Assembly (NCBI GenBank): GCA_041577295.1
Contig: JBFGJG010000014.1
Span: forward strand, 1-64,000
Reading direction: 5' to 3'
DNA: 64,000 nucleotides
From: Gemmatimonadales bacterium
GTDB taxonomy: Bacteria; Gemmatimonadota; Gemmatimonadetes; Gemmatimonadales; GWC2-71-9
Every line of letters starts with the position of its first letter. The first letter of the stretch is position 1. The notes under the pieces are model-generated. The model was given only the letters and a program-made list of their open reading frames with translations, made no database searches and had not been told where the DNA came from. The position numbers and the translations under genes were made by a program. Of this stretch, positions 19,239-29,298 are shown piece by piece.

Positions 19239-20885
19239 CTAATTCAAGAGATCGCGATCGATGTAGCGTGCCGGAGAGACGTTCCACGACCAGATGGTGG
19301 AGCCCCACTCATCGGCACGTATCGATACGTTCTCGAGGCGACGATGGAGACCCGCCGCCGTGATGGGGGAATACATCCAGATCGCGGGCGGATCGTCATT
19401 GATCCGCGCGATCGCCTCATGCCACGAGGCTCGGGCCGTCTCGACGTCGAACGTCTCGATGGCTCGGCGAATGAGTCGGTCGACTTCGGAGTTGGCGTAG
19501 CGTCCCCAGTTGGCACCACCGATCGCGGCGCTCGACCACGCTTCTTCAATGCTGGCCGGACTGGGGTCCTGCGTACGCGCACCATAGTACGCGTCTGCCG
19601 TGCCATTTTGCGCGCGTTCGATCCACGTGGGCACATCGAGCGGGGTGATCGCGACCACGATCCCGAGGCGTCGCAGCTGCTCCTGTACGATGACGGCGGA
19701 GCGTTGACGGTCGTTGCTCGTGGTCGGCACGATGAGCTCGAACTGGAAGACTCGGCCATTTCGGTCGAGCACACCGTCATCGTCGCGGTCGCGCCACCCC
19801 GCTTGCATCAGGAGCCGGCGGGCTCGCGTGGTGTCGTATGGCAGCGCACGAACCGACGCATCCCAAATCCACAGCGGCCGCGTGACGGGTCCCTCCGGAA
19901 CGTGACCGTACTCCCCCCGCACAGCCCGCACGATCGCCTGACGATCAACCGCCATCGAGAGGGCCTGGCGTACCGTGCGGCTTGCGAAGATGGGGTGGGG
20001 ACGGGTGCGATCCTCGGGATCGCGGAAGTTGAACGCGATGTACGCGTAGGCCAAACTGGGTACGAGTTCGACCCTGAGATCGTCAGAACCCTCGATGCTC
20101 GAGAGGTCATCGCGACGCATGGCGTTCAGGAAATCGGCTTCACCAGCGACCAGCTGTGTGGCAGCGGCGGCCGGATCGGCGACGAACCGCCAGACGATAC
20201 GCCGTGGGCCAGGCCGCCCCCGGAAGAAGGTGGAATCCGCCGACAAATCAATTGATTCGCCCACCACCCAGGTGCGTACGCGAAACGGGCCGCTCCCCAC
20301 CGGGTCGCGGCTCACGGGGTCACTCGACAACCCCGCTCGCGGGATCGCGGCAAGCTGGTGACGCGGCAAAATCCGCATGTGGTACACCGCGTCGTAGAAC
20401 TGTTCGGGATACGGGGAGCTGAAGCGAAACACTACGGTGTTCGCATCGACTGCTTCCACAGACGTAATACGGTCCAGCCGCTGCCGCGCACGCGCGTTCA
20501 CCAGCGTGTCACGATAGATCCCGTAGGTAAACGCCACGTCCTCCGCGGTGATCGGTGTGCCGTCGTGCCATCGTACATTCGGCTCGAGTGCGAAGCGGAT
20601 GGTTAGCGAGTCGTCGAAACGCCAGCTACGAGCCAGGGCAGGTGTAAAGGTCGCCGGGTCGACGGTATTGAGGTCGGCCCCGATGTCCGCGAGGCGGACA
20701 AACAGGAGATCGCTGATCGCGATCTCGACGTCGAACTCCGTCAACGGGGGCAGGAGCGTGGTGGGCTCCGCTCCCGAGACAACCACGATCGTCCCGCACC
20801 AATCACTGGCACAGGTCCGTTCGGTGCCACAGGCCAGGAGCCACGCACATGAGAGGAGCCAGCACAGCGTACGGGGCAATCGCAT
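19239..20885 (-). CDS. oppA: Peptide ABC transporter substrate-binding lipoprotein (family 5)
   Basis: Lipobox LLAC; PALARSW, WHDGTPITAEDV.F, PVGSGPF. Confidence 0.88.
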   Translation of the reverse strand: MRLPRTLCWLLSCAWLLACGTERTCASDWCGTIVVVSGAEPTTLLPPLTEFDVEIAISDLLFVRLADIGADLNTVDPATFTPALARSWRFDDSLTIRFALEPNVRWHDGTPITAEDVAFTYGIYRDTLVNARARQRLDRITSVEAVDANTVVFRFSSPYPEQFYDAVYHMRILPRHQLAAIPRAGLSSDPVSRDPVGSGPFRVRTWVVGESIDLSADSTFFRGRPGPRRIVWRFVADPAAAATQLVAGEADFLNAMRRDDLSSIEGSDDLRVELVPSLAYAYIAFNFRDPEDRTRPHPIFASRTVRQALSMAVDRQAIVRAVRGEYGHVPEGPVTRPLWIWDASVRALPYDTTRARRLLMQAGWRDRDDDGVLDRNGRVFQFELIVPTTSNDRQRSAVIVQEQLRRLGIVVAITPLDVPTWIERAQNGTADAYYGARTQDPSPASIEEAWSSAAIGGANWGRYANSEVDRLIRRAIETFDVETARASWHEAIARINDDPPAIWMYSPITAAGLHRRLENVSIRADEWGSTIWSWNVSPARYIDRDLLN

Positions 20886-20911
20886 GGAGTTGAGAAGGTC
20901 GTGAGAAACCT

Positions 20912-21682
20912 TCACGCGCGCCAGGTCCACGATTCGTCGGCGAATCGTCCGCAGTCCGTCACGGCTGGAAGCGACTGCTCGACCCATGTGCCTGGCCACC
21001 TGGCCGCGGCCTCGAAGCGGATCGCCGCGGCGACGTCGTCGAACGTCAAGTGTCTGTTCAGGCCGACGTCCTCAAGAGACGCAGCATGCGCTGAGGTGGC
21101 CTTGCCGCGGGTCACGCGCGTCACGACATCCTGGTCGTTTGCGAGTAGGATCGATCCGTGTTGCAGGAATGCGTTTCCCTCTCGCACTTGCGCGCTGCCG
21201 GCCAGCTTCCCCGTTCCAATAAGCAGCTCGCCACCGACCGGCTGTGCGAAGCACGCACCCGCCGCTGGACCCGGTATGCCGTCGCGCGGCCGAGGAGCGA
21301 GTTCGACGGGGACCCCGATTGACCGAAGTGCCGCTGCGAGCATCCGATGGATTGTCACGTACGTCTCGCGCAGTGAGCTAAAGGTCTCGATCGGTGCCGC
21401 CACGGCATAGGTCACCTCGGCATCGTGCCACACCGCGCGTCCACCGGTCGGACGGCGCACCGTTTCGATGTGGAGCTGGTCGATGAGCTGGCGGTCGTAG
21501 CGCACGCAAGCGCGCTCGTTACGACCAAAGGATAGACACGGAGGAGACCAGCGATAGAGCCGGAGATACGCCGCCCCCTCCTGTGCCGCTGACAGGAGGG
21601 AGTAATCGACCGCCATGTTCTCGTCGCCCGCGCGACCCTCGGGCTCGACGACCACCGTCCAGCGCGTCGCGCGCCGATTCAG
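20912..21682 (-). CDS. Lipoate-protein ligase family protein, LipM-like octanoyltransferase
   Basis: [34 protein letters not shown]. Start uncertain: CTG 21682 overlapping the gcvP stop, or a downstream GTG/ATG. Confidence 0.8.
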   Translation of the reverse strand: MNRRATRWTVVVEPEGRAGDENMAVDYSLLSAAQEGAAYLRLYRWSPPCLSFGRNERACVRYDRQLIDQLHIETVRRPTGGRAVWHDAEVTYAVAAPIETFSSLRETYVTIHRMLAAALRSIGVPVELAPRPRDGIPGPAAGACFAQPVGGELLIGTGKLAGSAQVREGNAFLQHGSILLANDQDVVTRVTRGKATSAHAASLEDVGLNRHLTFDDVAAAIRFEAAARWPGTWVEQSLPAVTDCGRFADESWTWRA

Positions 21683-24573
21683 GAAGCTCCCTCCGCCGCC
21701 GGTACGAGGTACTCGTCCATAGGAGGACACGTGCAGACCAGGTGGCGATCGCCGTAGGCCGCGTCGACGCGCCCTACGGCCGGCCAAACCTTGTGTTCGC
21801 GCGTCTCGCGTGTGGGGAACCCGGCCCGCTCTCGCGAGTATGGCCGGTTCCACTCGTCGCACAGGACGTCTTCGAGCGTGTGCGGGGCATGGGTCAGCAG
21901 GTTGTGCTCCCGGTCCGCCTTGCCCTCTTCGATCTCACGAATCTCGTTGCGGATGGCGATCATCGCTTCGCAAAAGCGGTCGAGCTCGCGCTTCGACTCG
22001 CTCTCGGTTGGCTCGATCATCATCGTACCCGGCACGGGGAATGAGATCGTGGGCGCGTGGAATCCGTAGTCCATGAGCCGCTTGGCGATGTCTTCCACCT
22101 CGATACCGGCCGACGTCTTGAAGGGTCGTGTGTCGATGATACACTCGTGGGCGATCAAGCCGTGGCGCCCAGCATAGAGCAGATCGTAGTGCCCGGCGAG
22201 ACGCCGTGCCATGTAGTTCGCGTTGAGGATCGCCACCTTGGTGGCCTCGGTTAACCCTTCGGCTCCCATCAGCGCCAGGTATGCCCAGGAGATGGGGAGG
22301 ATCGATGGGCTCCCCCACGGAGCCGCAGAAACGGTTCCGCACGCCTTTTCGATTCCGAGCGGCACCACCGGGTGATCAGGAAGGTACGGTGCCAGGCGCT
22401 GCGTGACACCGATCGGCCCCATCCCGGGGCCACCGCCGCCGTGCGGGATGCAGAACGTCTTGTGCAGGTTGAGGTGACACACGTCGGCTCCGAAGTCGCC
22501 GGGCCGGCTGAGCCCAACCAGGGCGTTCATGTTGGCACCGTCCATGTACACTAGGCCGCCGTGACGATGGACTACCTCGCAGATTTCACGGATCGCGGTT
22601 TCGAAGACACCGTGTGTCGAGGGGTACGTCACCATAAGGGCAGCCAGCGACTCACTGTGCTCCTTCGCCTTCTGGCGGAGATCATCGACATCGACGTTGC
22701 CGCCATCGTCCGTGCGTACGGGAACAACCTTCATCCCGGCCATCACGGCGCTTGCGGGATTGGTGCCGTGCGCAGACTGCGGGATGAGGCAGACGGTGCG
22801 ATGACCGTCGCCACGATCGCGGTGGTAGGCCCGTATCACCAGCAGGCCCGCGTACTCACCCTGTGCACCGGCGTTGGGTTGCAGTGAGATCGCGGCGAAA
22901 CCGGTGATCTCTGCGAGTTGCGCCTCGAGATCGTCGAACAGCTGGCGGTAGCCGCGTGCCTGCTCTGTGGGTGCAAAGGGGTGCAAGCGATTGAACTCAG
23001 GCCAGCTCACCGGGATCATCTCGGTTGTCGCGTTGAGCTTCATGGTACACGAGCCGAGCGGAATCATGGCGGACGTGAGTGAGAGATCCCGATTCTCGAG
23101 ACGCTTGAGATACCGAAGCATCTCGGTCTCTGAGTGATAAGAATTGAAAATCGGGTGCTCCAGAAACGCGGACGTACGCCTGAGCGCGTTCGGGATACCG
23201 GAGGGCGCCGAGTCCACCAGATTAGCCACGTCGAACGACACTGAGGACTTCACCGCGAAAATCTCCACCAGATCCCTAACGTCCTCGAGGGTCGTGGTCT
23301 CGTCGAGCGTGATCCCAATTCGGTCGGCCGCGACGGGGCGCAAGCCTATACTCCGCTCCGTCGCGCGCTCATGGATGCGCTTGGCGGTCGTCTTGTCAGT
23401 GACCACCGTGATGGTATCGAAGAACGTGGAGTGTGCCAGCTGATGACCGAGGCGGCGCAACGCTTCAGCGAACACACGCGTGAACGTGTGCACATGGGTG
23501 GCGATACGGCGGAGTCCCGCAGGCCCATGGTAGACCGCGTACATGCCAGCCATTACGGCTAGCAGCACCTGCGCTGTGCAGATGTTGCTCGTGGCGCGCT
23601 CGCGACGGATATGCTGCTCGCGGGTCTGGAGCGCCATGCGCAACGCCGGCCGGCCCGCGACGTCCTTCGTGACCCCAATGATGCGTCCTGGAACCTGGCG
23701 TTTGTAGGTCTCTCGGGTGGCAAAGTAGGCCGCGTGTGGGCCGCCGTACCCCAAGGGAACGCCGAATCGCTGCGTGTTTCCCACCGCCACATCTGCCCCC
23801 CACTCACCAGGCGGCATGAGCAACACCAGGCTCAGCAGATCGGCCGCCACCGTAACGAGGGCACTCTGCGCATGCATCCGATTCGTGAGCTCACGAAAAT
23901 CGTCGATACGGCCCTCGGTCGATGGGTACTGCACCAGCGCACCGATAACTCCCGGGCCTCCACTGAACGTCCTGGGGCTCGCGACCACGGTTTCGATGCC
24001 CCGCGCCTCGGCCCGGGTTCGGACGACCGCGATGGTCTGTGGGTGGCATGCCTCGTCAATGAGATAAACCGGAGTGCCGCTCACCTTTGACACGGCCAGC
24101 GTGAGGGCCATCGCTTCCGCCGCCGCCGTCGCCTCGTCCAGCAACGAGGCGTTGGCGATCTCGAGTCCTGTGAGATCGACTAGCATCGTTTCGAAATTGA
24201 GGAGGGCCTCCAAGCGGCCCTGGGCGATCTCGGCCTGATACGGCGTGTACGCGGTGTACCAACCCGGGTTCTCCAGAACGTTGCGTTGGATGACAGGCGG
24301 CACCATGCAGTCGGCGTATCCCATGCCGATGTACGACCGGAACACGAGGTTGTGATCCGCAAGGGTTCTGAGCGTGCTGAGCACCTCGAACTCACTGCGT
24401 GCCGGTGGCAGTTGGAGCGGTCGCTCGAGCCGGATGTCCTCGGGTACGACGGCGTCCGCGAGCGCTTCGAGCGACGCGTATCCTACGGTCTCCAGCATGG
24501 TCCGGATCTCGTCCGCACGCGGCCCGATGTGCCTCGCGATGAATTGATCGGTTTGGGATCTCGCTTGTGCCAT
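21679..24573 (-). CDS. gcvP: Glycine dehydrogenase (decarboxylating), P protein
   Basis: [40 protein letters not shown] site HLNLHKTF. Confidence 0.97.
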   Translation of the reverse strand: MAQARSQTDQFIARHIGPRADEIRTMLETVGYASLEALADAVVPEDIRLERPLQLPPARSEFEVLSTLRTLADHNLVFRSYIGMGYADCMVPPVIQRNVLENPGWYTAYTPYQAEIAQGRLEALLNFETMLVDLTGLEIANASLLDEATAAAEAMALTLAVSKVSGTPVYLIDEACHPQTIAVVRTRAEARGIETVVASPRTFSGGPGVIGALVQYPSTEGRIDDFRELTNRMHAQSALVTVAADLLSLVLLMPPGEWGADVAVGNTQRFGVPLGYGGPHAAYFATRETYKRQVPGRIIGVTKDVAGRPALRMALQTREQHIRRERATSNICTAQVLLAVMAGMYAVYHGPAGLRRIATHVHTFTRVFAEALRRLGHQLAHSTFFDTITVVTDKTTAKRIHERATERSIGLRPVAADRIGITLDETTTLEDVRDLVEIFAVKSSVSFDVANLVDSAPSGIPNALRRTSAFLEHPIFNSYHSETEMLRYLKRLENRDLSLTSAMIPLGSCTMKLNATTEMIPVSWPEFNRLHPFAPTEQARGYRQLFDDLEAQLAEITGFAAISLQPNAGAQGEYAGLLVIRAYHRDRGDGHRTVCLIPQSAHGTNPASAVMAGMKVVPVRTDDGGNVDVDDLRQKAKEHSESLAALMVTYPSTHGVFETAIREICEVVHRHGGLVYMDGANMNALVGLSRPGDFGADVCHLNLHKTFCIPHGGGGPGMGPIGVTQRLAPYLPDHPVVPLGIEKACGTVSAAPWGSPSILPISWAYLALMGAEGLTEATKVAILNANYMARRLAGHYDLLYAGRHGLIAHECIIDTRPFKTSAGIEVEDIAKRLMDYGFHAPTISFPVPGTMMIEPTESESKRELDRFCEAMIAIRNEIREIEEGKADREHNLLTHAPHTLEDVLCDEWNRPYSRERAGFPTRETREHKVWPAVGRVDAAYGDRHLVCTCPPMDEYLVPAAEGAS

Positions 24574-24593
24574 GTTGGTCCTATGCGTACAAA

Positions 24594-24620
24594 CGCCTCG
24601 GGACGTCCCGAGGCGCGTCT
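24594..24620 (-). terminator. GC-rich hairpin between gcvH and gcvP (possible weak terminator or mRNA stabiliser)
   Basis: Perfect 22-bp palindrome CGCCTCGGGACGTCCCGAGGCG (24594-24615), followed by TTTGT on the - strand. Confidence 0.5.
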
Positions 24621-24648
24621 CCTCACGAGCTGGTCCGGCAGGAGCGGG

Positions 24649-25041
24649 CTACTCGCCCACGTGCTGTGCGTAGTCGGCTGCGGTTAGCAGCCTCTCGAGA
24701 TCTCCTTCGTTGCGCAGCTTCATCTTGATCATCCACCCATCGCCGTACGGCTCTCGGTTCACGAGGGCGGGATCGCGCTCCAACGCATCATTGATCTCGA
24801 CGACCTCACCAGCCACCGGACAAAACAGCTCGGAGACGGCCTTGACGGCCTCGATGGTTCCAAAGACGTCCATCGGGCTCAGTTTTGTCCCCACGTCGAC
24901 TGTGAACTCGACGTACACCACATCACCCAACTCTCCCTGGGCGTAATCGGTGATTCCCACGACAACAATGCCCGGATCCTCCGAAGGTCTCACGTATTCG
25001 TGCTCCTCCGTGTAATGCAGGTTGTCAGGGATTTCGGACAT
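24649..25041 (-). CDS. gcvH: Glycine cleavage system H protein
   Basis: YTEEHEY, GITDYAQGELGDVVYV, lipoyl site EAVKA, PYGDGW. Confidence 0.97.
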   Translation of the reverse strand: MSEIPDNLHYTEEHEYVRPSEDPGIVVVGITDYAQGELGDVVYVEFTVDVGTKLSPMDVFGTIEAVKAVSELFCPVAGEVVEINDALERDPALVNREPYGDGWMIKMKLRNEGDLERLLTAADYAQHVGE

Positions 25042-25083
25042 GACGCTCCGTTATCGGTTGTGAGACCACCGGGGCCGGCGGTT

Positions 25084-25112
25084 AGGTTACCTGCGCTCCG
25101 GAGGACTGTCAA
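25084..25112 (-). promoter_or_regulatory. Sigma70-type promoter for gcvH inside the coaE 3' end
   Basis: - strand TTGACA-17 nt-TAACCT. Confidence 0.6.
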
Positions 25113-26304
25113 CTAGCTCTGGAAATGGCAAAAATAGGTCGCTTACGGGGCGGGAGACGCGTCCTTTAGCGCGGAAGCTCTCACGCTCCTCGCCAGCCCA
25201 CGCGCTGGATTCCCTCCCCAGAATGGGTGCGTTGCCATAGGCGTCGAGGGCAGCCTGTTTTCGGTCGCGCCAGGGACGAACATCGATTCGCGCCGCGATC
25301 TCCTCGGGAGCCGTATCGTGCGGTCGCGCTAAGGCTTCCAACGCGACAGCGAATGCGGCCATGCGACGCGCGGTGCCCGCCCGCACCACCCACGACTGCA
25401 CTCGCTGCCGGAGCAGGTCACCAACATCAGAGCCGGAGCTGATGACCACGAGGTGCCCCGCCCGCTCAGCGGCAGCGGTGATCGCCGCCACGGCGTGCGT
25501 CTCGTCCTCAATCCCTCGCAGGCCGGTGATTCCAAGTGCTGAGCACGCGCGCCTGAGGGGATCGGTCACGGTCCCTGCCACCAAGACACCCACCTGAGTC
25601 GTGGCATCGACGTAGCGGGCAAGCGTGCCACCCATGAGGGCCGACTCGTCACCCGGGTACGCGCACACGGCCAGTAACCCACCGGCGGTTCCTATCTCAT
25701 GGCGGGCCGCGCGGGTCCGAATAGCGCACCATGCCCGCCACGCCGCGGACCGGAGCTCGTCCAACGAGCCGTCATTCTCGAGGACGACATCACTCTGACG
25801 CCGCTTCTCTTCGCTGGGCATTTGCGATGCAATCAGCCGGTCGGCCTCGGCGGCATCGAGCCCACGCATCTGCATGAGACGCGCCTTGCGAAGCTCCACG
25901 GGCGCATCGACCAACACGATCAAATCGAACACGCCGGGGTCGAGCACTTCAAACAGCAACGGAATGTCGTTGAGGAGAATGCAATCGCCGCGGAGCCGTG
26001 CCGCCTCGGCGCGCTCATTTCGCGTGCGCTGCACCGCTGGATGGACGATCGCATTGAGCGCGGCGAGCGCCGCGTCGTCCCCCATCACGAGGCCGCGCAA
26101 CCGCGCCCGGTCCAACGACCCATCCGGACGGAGCACCGAATCCCCAAAGCGCCGGACGATAGCGGCGAGTACAGGCGAACCGGGGCGCTGAGCGTCGCGA
26201 GCCAACTCGTCGGCGTCGATGACCGTGGCGCCCCACGCCGCAAACCACTGGAGAACAGTCGATTTTCCTGCGGCAACGTTGCCGGTGAGTCCGACGTTGA
26301 GCAT
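25087..26304 (-). CDS. coaE: Dephospho-CoA kinase fused to a degenerate PIG-L/LmbE-like domain
   Basis: N-terminal ~200 aa: GLTGNVAAGKS, IDAD, LNAIVHP, DIPLLFE, SQM. C-terminal: LLAVCAYPGDESALMGGTLARY and IDV..W.DRK.AAL. Confidence 0.88.
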   Translation of the reverse strand: MLNVGLTGNVAAGKSTVLQWFAAWGATVIDADELARDAQRPGSPVLAAIVRRFGDSVLRPDGSLDRARLRGLVMGDDAALAALNAIVHPAVQRTRNERAEAARLRGDCILLNDIPLLFEVLDPGVFDLIVLVDAPVELRKARLMQMRGLDAAEADRLIASQMPSEEKRRQSDVVLENDGSLDELRSAAWRAWCAIRTRAARHEIGTAGGLLAVCAYPGDESALMGGTLARYVDATTQVGVLVAGTVTDPLRRACSALGITGLRGIEDETHAVAAITAAAERAGHLVVISSGSDVGDLLRQRVQSWVVRAGTARRMAAFAVALEALARPHDTAPEEIAARIDVRPWRDRKQAALDAYGNAPILGRESSAWAGEERESFRAKGRVSRPVSDLFLPFPELVDSPPERR

Positions 26305-26319
26305 CGGACGGAAGATAGG

Positions 26320-26946
26320 CTAGGCGGCGCCGCCTGACGCCCGCTCGAACAGCTTGGTCTGGTCCACGTCTGCCGGCAGGACTTCGTGGCAGTGCCGGCA
26401 GCGCGCTTCGTACGATTCGCTTCCTCCGACCATGATGGTGGGCGAGTCGTACGCGGCCGGCTGGCCGTCGATGAGACGCTGATTACGACAGGCGGGGTCA
26501 CCACAGCGCACACAGATGGCGTGGAGCTTGTCCACCACTTCGGCCACCGCCAGCAAGTGAGGCATTGCCCCAAACGGCTCGCCACGAAAATCCGTTTCTG
26601 TACCGGCCACGATGACGCGCACACCGTTCAGGGCGAGCTCGGTACACACTTCCACGATGCCATCGTCGAGAAACTGAGCCTCATCGACGGCTACAACCTG
26701 AACGTCGGGCCGAATGAGACGCATGATCTCCGTCGACGAATCGACGGGGTGCGCATCCACGGCCAATCCGTCGTGTGTCGTGACACTGTAGACCCCGAAA
26801 CGATCGTCGATGTGCGACTTGAAGACTTGCACACGGCGTTTTGCTATGATGGCCCGCCGCACTCGGCGGATCAACTCTTCACTCTTACCGCTGAACATGA
26901 CGCCCGTGACGACTTCGATCCAACCGGGGCGGGAGCTGTGAAGCAT
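26320..26946 (-). CDS. tdk: Thymidine kinase
   Basis: [24 protein letters not shown], Zn site C..C / YEARCR.C. Confidence 0.95.
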   Translation of the reverse strand: MLHSSRPGWIEVVTGVMFSGKSEELIRRVRRAIIAKRRVQVFKSHIDDRFGVYSVTTHDGLAVDAHPVDSSTEIMRLIRPDVQVVAVDEAQFLDDGIVEVCTELALNGVRVIVAGTETDFRGEPFGAMPHLLAVAEVVDKLHAICVRCGDPACRNQRLIDGQPAAYDSPTIMVGGSESYEARCRHCHEVLPADVDQTKLFERASGGAA

Positions 26947-27032
26947 GACGTGTTCGGCCTCGTACCGGCGAGCAACGTGAAGGCGGGTGGAGGTTAGTCT
27001 TTGCCGACCGGCGAGGCAAGCGTGTCCCGCGT

Positions 27033-28370
27033 CTACTCCGTTCGTGCACCGATCCGCCGCCCGCGCACCACGAGCCCATCCAATCCTTTCACCGCTCGTT
27101 CGGCGGCTTCGGCGCGCACATCGACGACGCTGAATCCCTCTCGGATGTCGACTCGACCTACTTGATGGCGTGCGAGACCGACTGCGTTGAGCAGAGCACC
27201 GACCACATCACCGGCGCGGAGGCGTTCGCGGCGACCCGCATCGAGACGCACGCGCACCCAGTGCGTGCCCTCGCGTTGCGGCGTCGGGGCGCCGGCCCCC
27301 GGTTCCGCGAGTTGCAGCGCCGCCGCCGCCACCAGGGCCGGATCCCATTCATCGAGCAACGGTGCGATGGCGTAGAGCGCACCCGGATCCGACTCGGCCT
27401 CGAGTCGGTCGCGCAGCTTGCGCCGTAGCGCACCGGCGCGATCGCGCGCGCGATCCACTTCGGAGGGAAGTCGGAGAACGCCGAGCGGGTCCGCGAGCTG
27501 CCTGAGGTACGGAAGCTGGTGCGGCCGTATCAACACCACCGACTGCTTGGCGACCGCGCCGAGCGCCGCGAGCGCTTCTCCGGACGGGAGATCGACGGCG
27601 ATGGCCAGGTCGACCGGCTCCGCTCCGATCACCGCCGAGACGTGCACCGTGGGGTCACCGGCAAGCGAGCGCCACCGTTCCGCTGCCAACGGCGAAGGGT
27701 CCCACAAGAGCGTGGATGCCGGATTGAGCACGTCGAGAGCCGCGCGCAGTGCGGTGCGCAACTGCTCCGGCGGCACCACCGCATAGCGCACCCCTCGGAG
27801 GGGCACCTGGGGAGTCCGTGACACATAGCTCGTAGCGGCACGGTATGCGTGACGGTTCAAAAAGTCTTCCGCGTCGAGCGGATTGCGCGTCACGACCAAC
27901 CGTTGCGTGCCAGAGAATGCCTCGAGCACGGTGTCGAGCAACGCACCGGCCTCGAGCGTCGCATGAATCTCCGGCCACAGCACCACCACGTGGCGCACTC
28001 CCTCAGATCGGAGTTGGGAGCGGCCAACGAGCTGTACGGCGTCCGACGGCGTCGTGATGAGCGTCCGGACCGGGCCTGCGCCCAGCCGTCTGGCGGCGCG
28101 GGCGAGCCCGCTGACGAGGCAGATGGGCTGTCGCGCGTCGCGGGTGGCGAGCGTGTCGGTGAGTTCGGCTGCTTCGGATGGCCCAGGTGCGAGGACGATG
28201 GTTTCGAGGCCCGTTTCGCCGCTGGACCAAAGGTGATCGAAGAGCGGGAGTGCCGCCCACGTCGCCGGCGGGCAGACGTAGATCAGTGGTTTACCACTCT
28301 CGATGGCGGCGCGGGCCGCCGCATCGAGCGAAGATGCAAATTCCCAGGACACGCGAACCTCGGTTGTCAA
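27033..28370 (-). CDS. Degenerate DEAD-box-like protein with C-terminal DbpA RNA-binding domain
   Basis: C-terminal [15 protein letters not shown]...VGRVDI.E.FSVVDV fits the DbpA RBD. Helicase scaffold remnants VLAP, ITTP, VDLP are present, but GKT, DEAD and HRIGR are not. Confidence 0.7.
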   Translation of the reverse strand: MTTEVRVSWEFASSLDAAARAAIESGKPLIYVCPPATWAALPLFDHLWSSGETGLETIVLAPGPSEAAELTDTLATRDARQPICLVSGLARAARRLGAGPVRTLITTPSDAVQLVGRSQLRSEGVRHVVVLWPEIHATLEAGALLDTVLEAFSGTQRLVVTRNPLDAEDFLNRHAYRAATSYVSRTPQVPLRGVRYAVVPPEQLRTALRAALDVLNPASTLLWDPSPLAAERWRSLAGDPTVHVSAVIGAEPVDLAIAVDLPSGEALAALGAVAKQSVVLIRPHQLPYLRQLADPLGVLRLPSEVDRARDRAGALRRKLRDRLEAESDPGALYAIAPLLDEWDPALVAAAALQLAEPGAGAPTPQREGTHWVRVRLDAGRRERLRAGDVVGALLNAVGLARHQVGRVDIREGFSVVDVRAEAAERAVKGLDGLVVRGRRIGARTE

Positions 28371-28458
28371 TGATCAGTGCTCGACTGCCCAAGAGGATGC
28401 TACTTTGCATACGTCGGTCCCGCAACGGTTCCTCCGTACTTCAGGGCAGCGAGTGGCG

Positions 28459-29253
28459 ATGCGACGTCGGTCGAACCAGTTCAAGGCGAGTGTGTACACC
28501 AAGCTGCATTGGGTCTCGGAGCTGTACGGCCGCCTCAAGAAGCCACGCGACGCCGGGATCCCGCTGCCACCCCTCGCCCCGCTCAAGGTGCGGCTGTCCC
28601 GCGCCCGTGTGGCGCTGCTCACGTCGGCAGGCGTGCACCATATCGATGACACACCGTTTGACATGGACGATCCCAACGGCGATGCCTCGTTTCGCATCAT
28701 CGACGGGACACAGTCGACGGACGTTTTGACCATTACCCACGATTATTACGACCACGAAGCGACCGACCAGGACATCAATTGCGTATTTCCATTGGACCGT
28801 CTGCGGGAGCTTGCAATGCCTGGTCGGGTGGGGTCGGTTGCGCCCCGTCACGTGGGGTTCATGGGACACATCTTCGACGAACAGTGGGACCGGCTGGTCC
28901 ACGACAGCGCACCCGCCATCGTGACGATGCTCCAGGAAGACGCCGTGGATGCCGTCGTGGCGTCGCCTGGGTGACCCACGTGTCACCAGTCCGTGGGACT
29001 GGTTGCCCGCGCCATCGAAGCATCAGGCATTCCCACGGTGACGCTGACCGTGATCAGTGGTATGACGGAAACGCTCCCCGCACCGCGCAACGTGCTCGTG
29101 CGATTCCGTATGGGTCAGGTGTTCGGCGAGCCTCACAGCGTTGCGCAGCAACGGACGATCTTGCTCGATGCTTTGGGTGCGCTCGCCACGATGCGCGAGC
29201 CGGGAGCCATCGTCGCATTGCCGTATCGTTGGAAGCGAGAAACGTACGACTAG
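28459..29253 (+). CDS. PrdB/GrdB-family (D-proline/glycine reductase component B-like) selenoprotein; in-frame UGA at 28972-28974 read as Sec
   Basis: Track ORFs 28303..28974 and 28993..29253 are in the same frame. The joined protein has RVALLTSAGVH, GDASFRII, HDYYD, DINCVFPLDRL and VDAVVASPG-U-PTCHQSVGLVARAIEASGIPTV...PR...GEP...Q..IL...PG.IV.LPY. Confidence 0.85.
28985..29003 (+). promoter_or_regulatory. Bacterial SECIS-like hairpin
   Basis: ACCAGTCC-GTG-GGACTGGT is a perfect 8-bp stem with a G-starting loop, 10 nt after the in-frame TGA. Confidence 0.75.
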
Positions 29254-29298
29254 AATGCATGCGTTGACACACAACTTTGGATTGGAGACCTTCGCTCT

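Noticed and set aside
25042..25086. Glycine riboswitch upstream of gcvH
   Set aside because: Only 45 nt of intergenic space, with a promoter ending about 40 nt before the ATG; no room for the aptamer.
28993..29253. Separate 86-aa gene, or nonsense pseudogene of a reductase subunit
   Set aside because: The stop is TGA at the family's Sec position, the frame is preserved, and a SECIS-like hairpin follows. The supposed GTG start is the hairpin loop.
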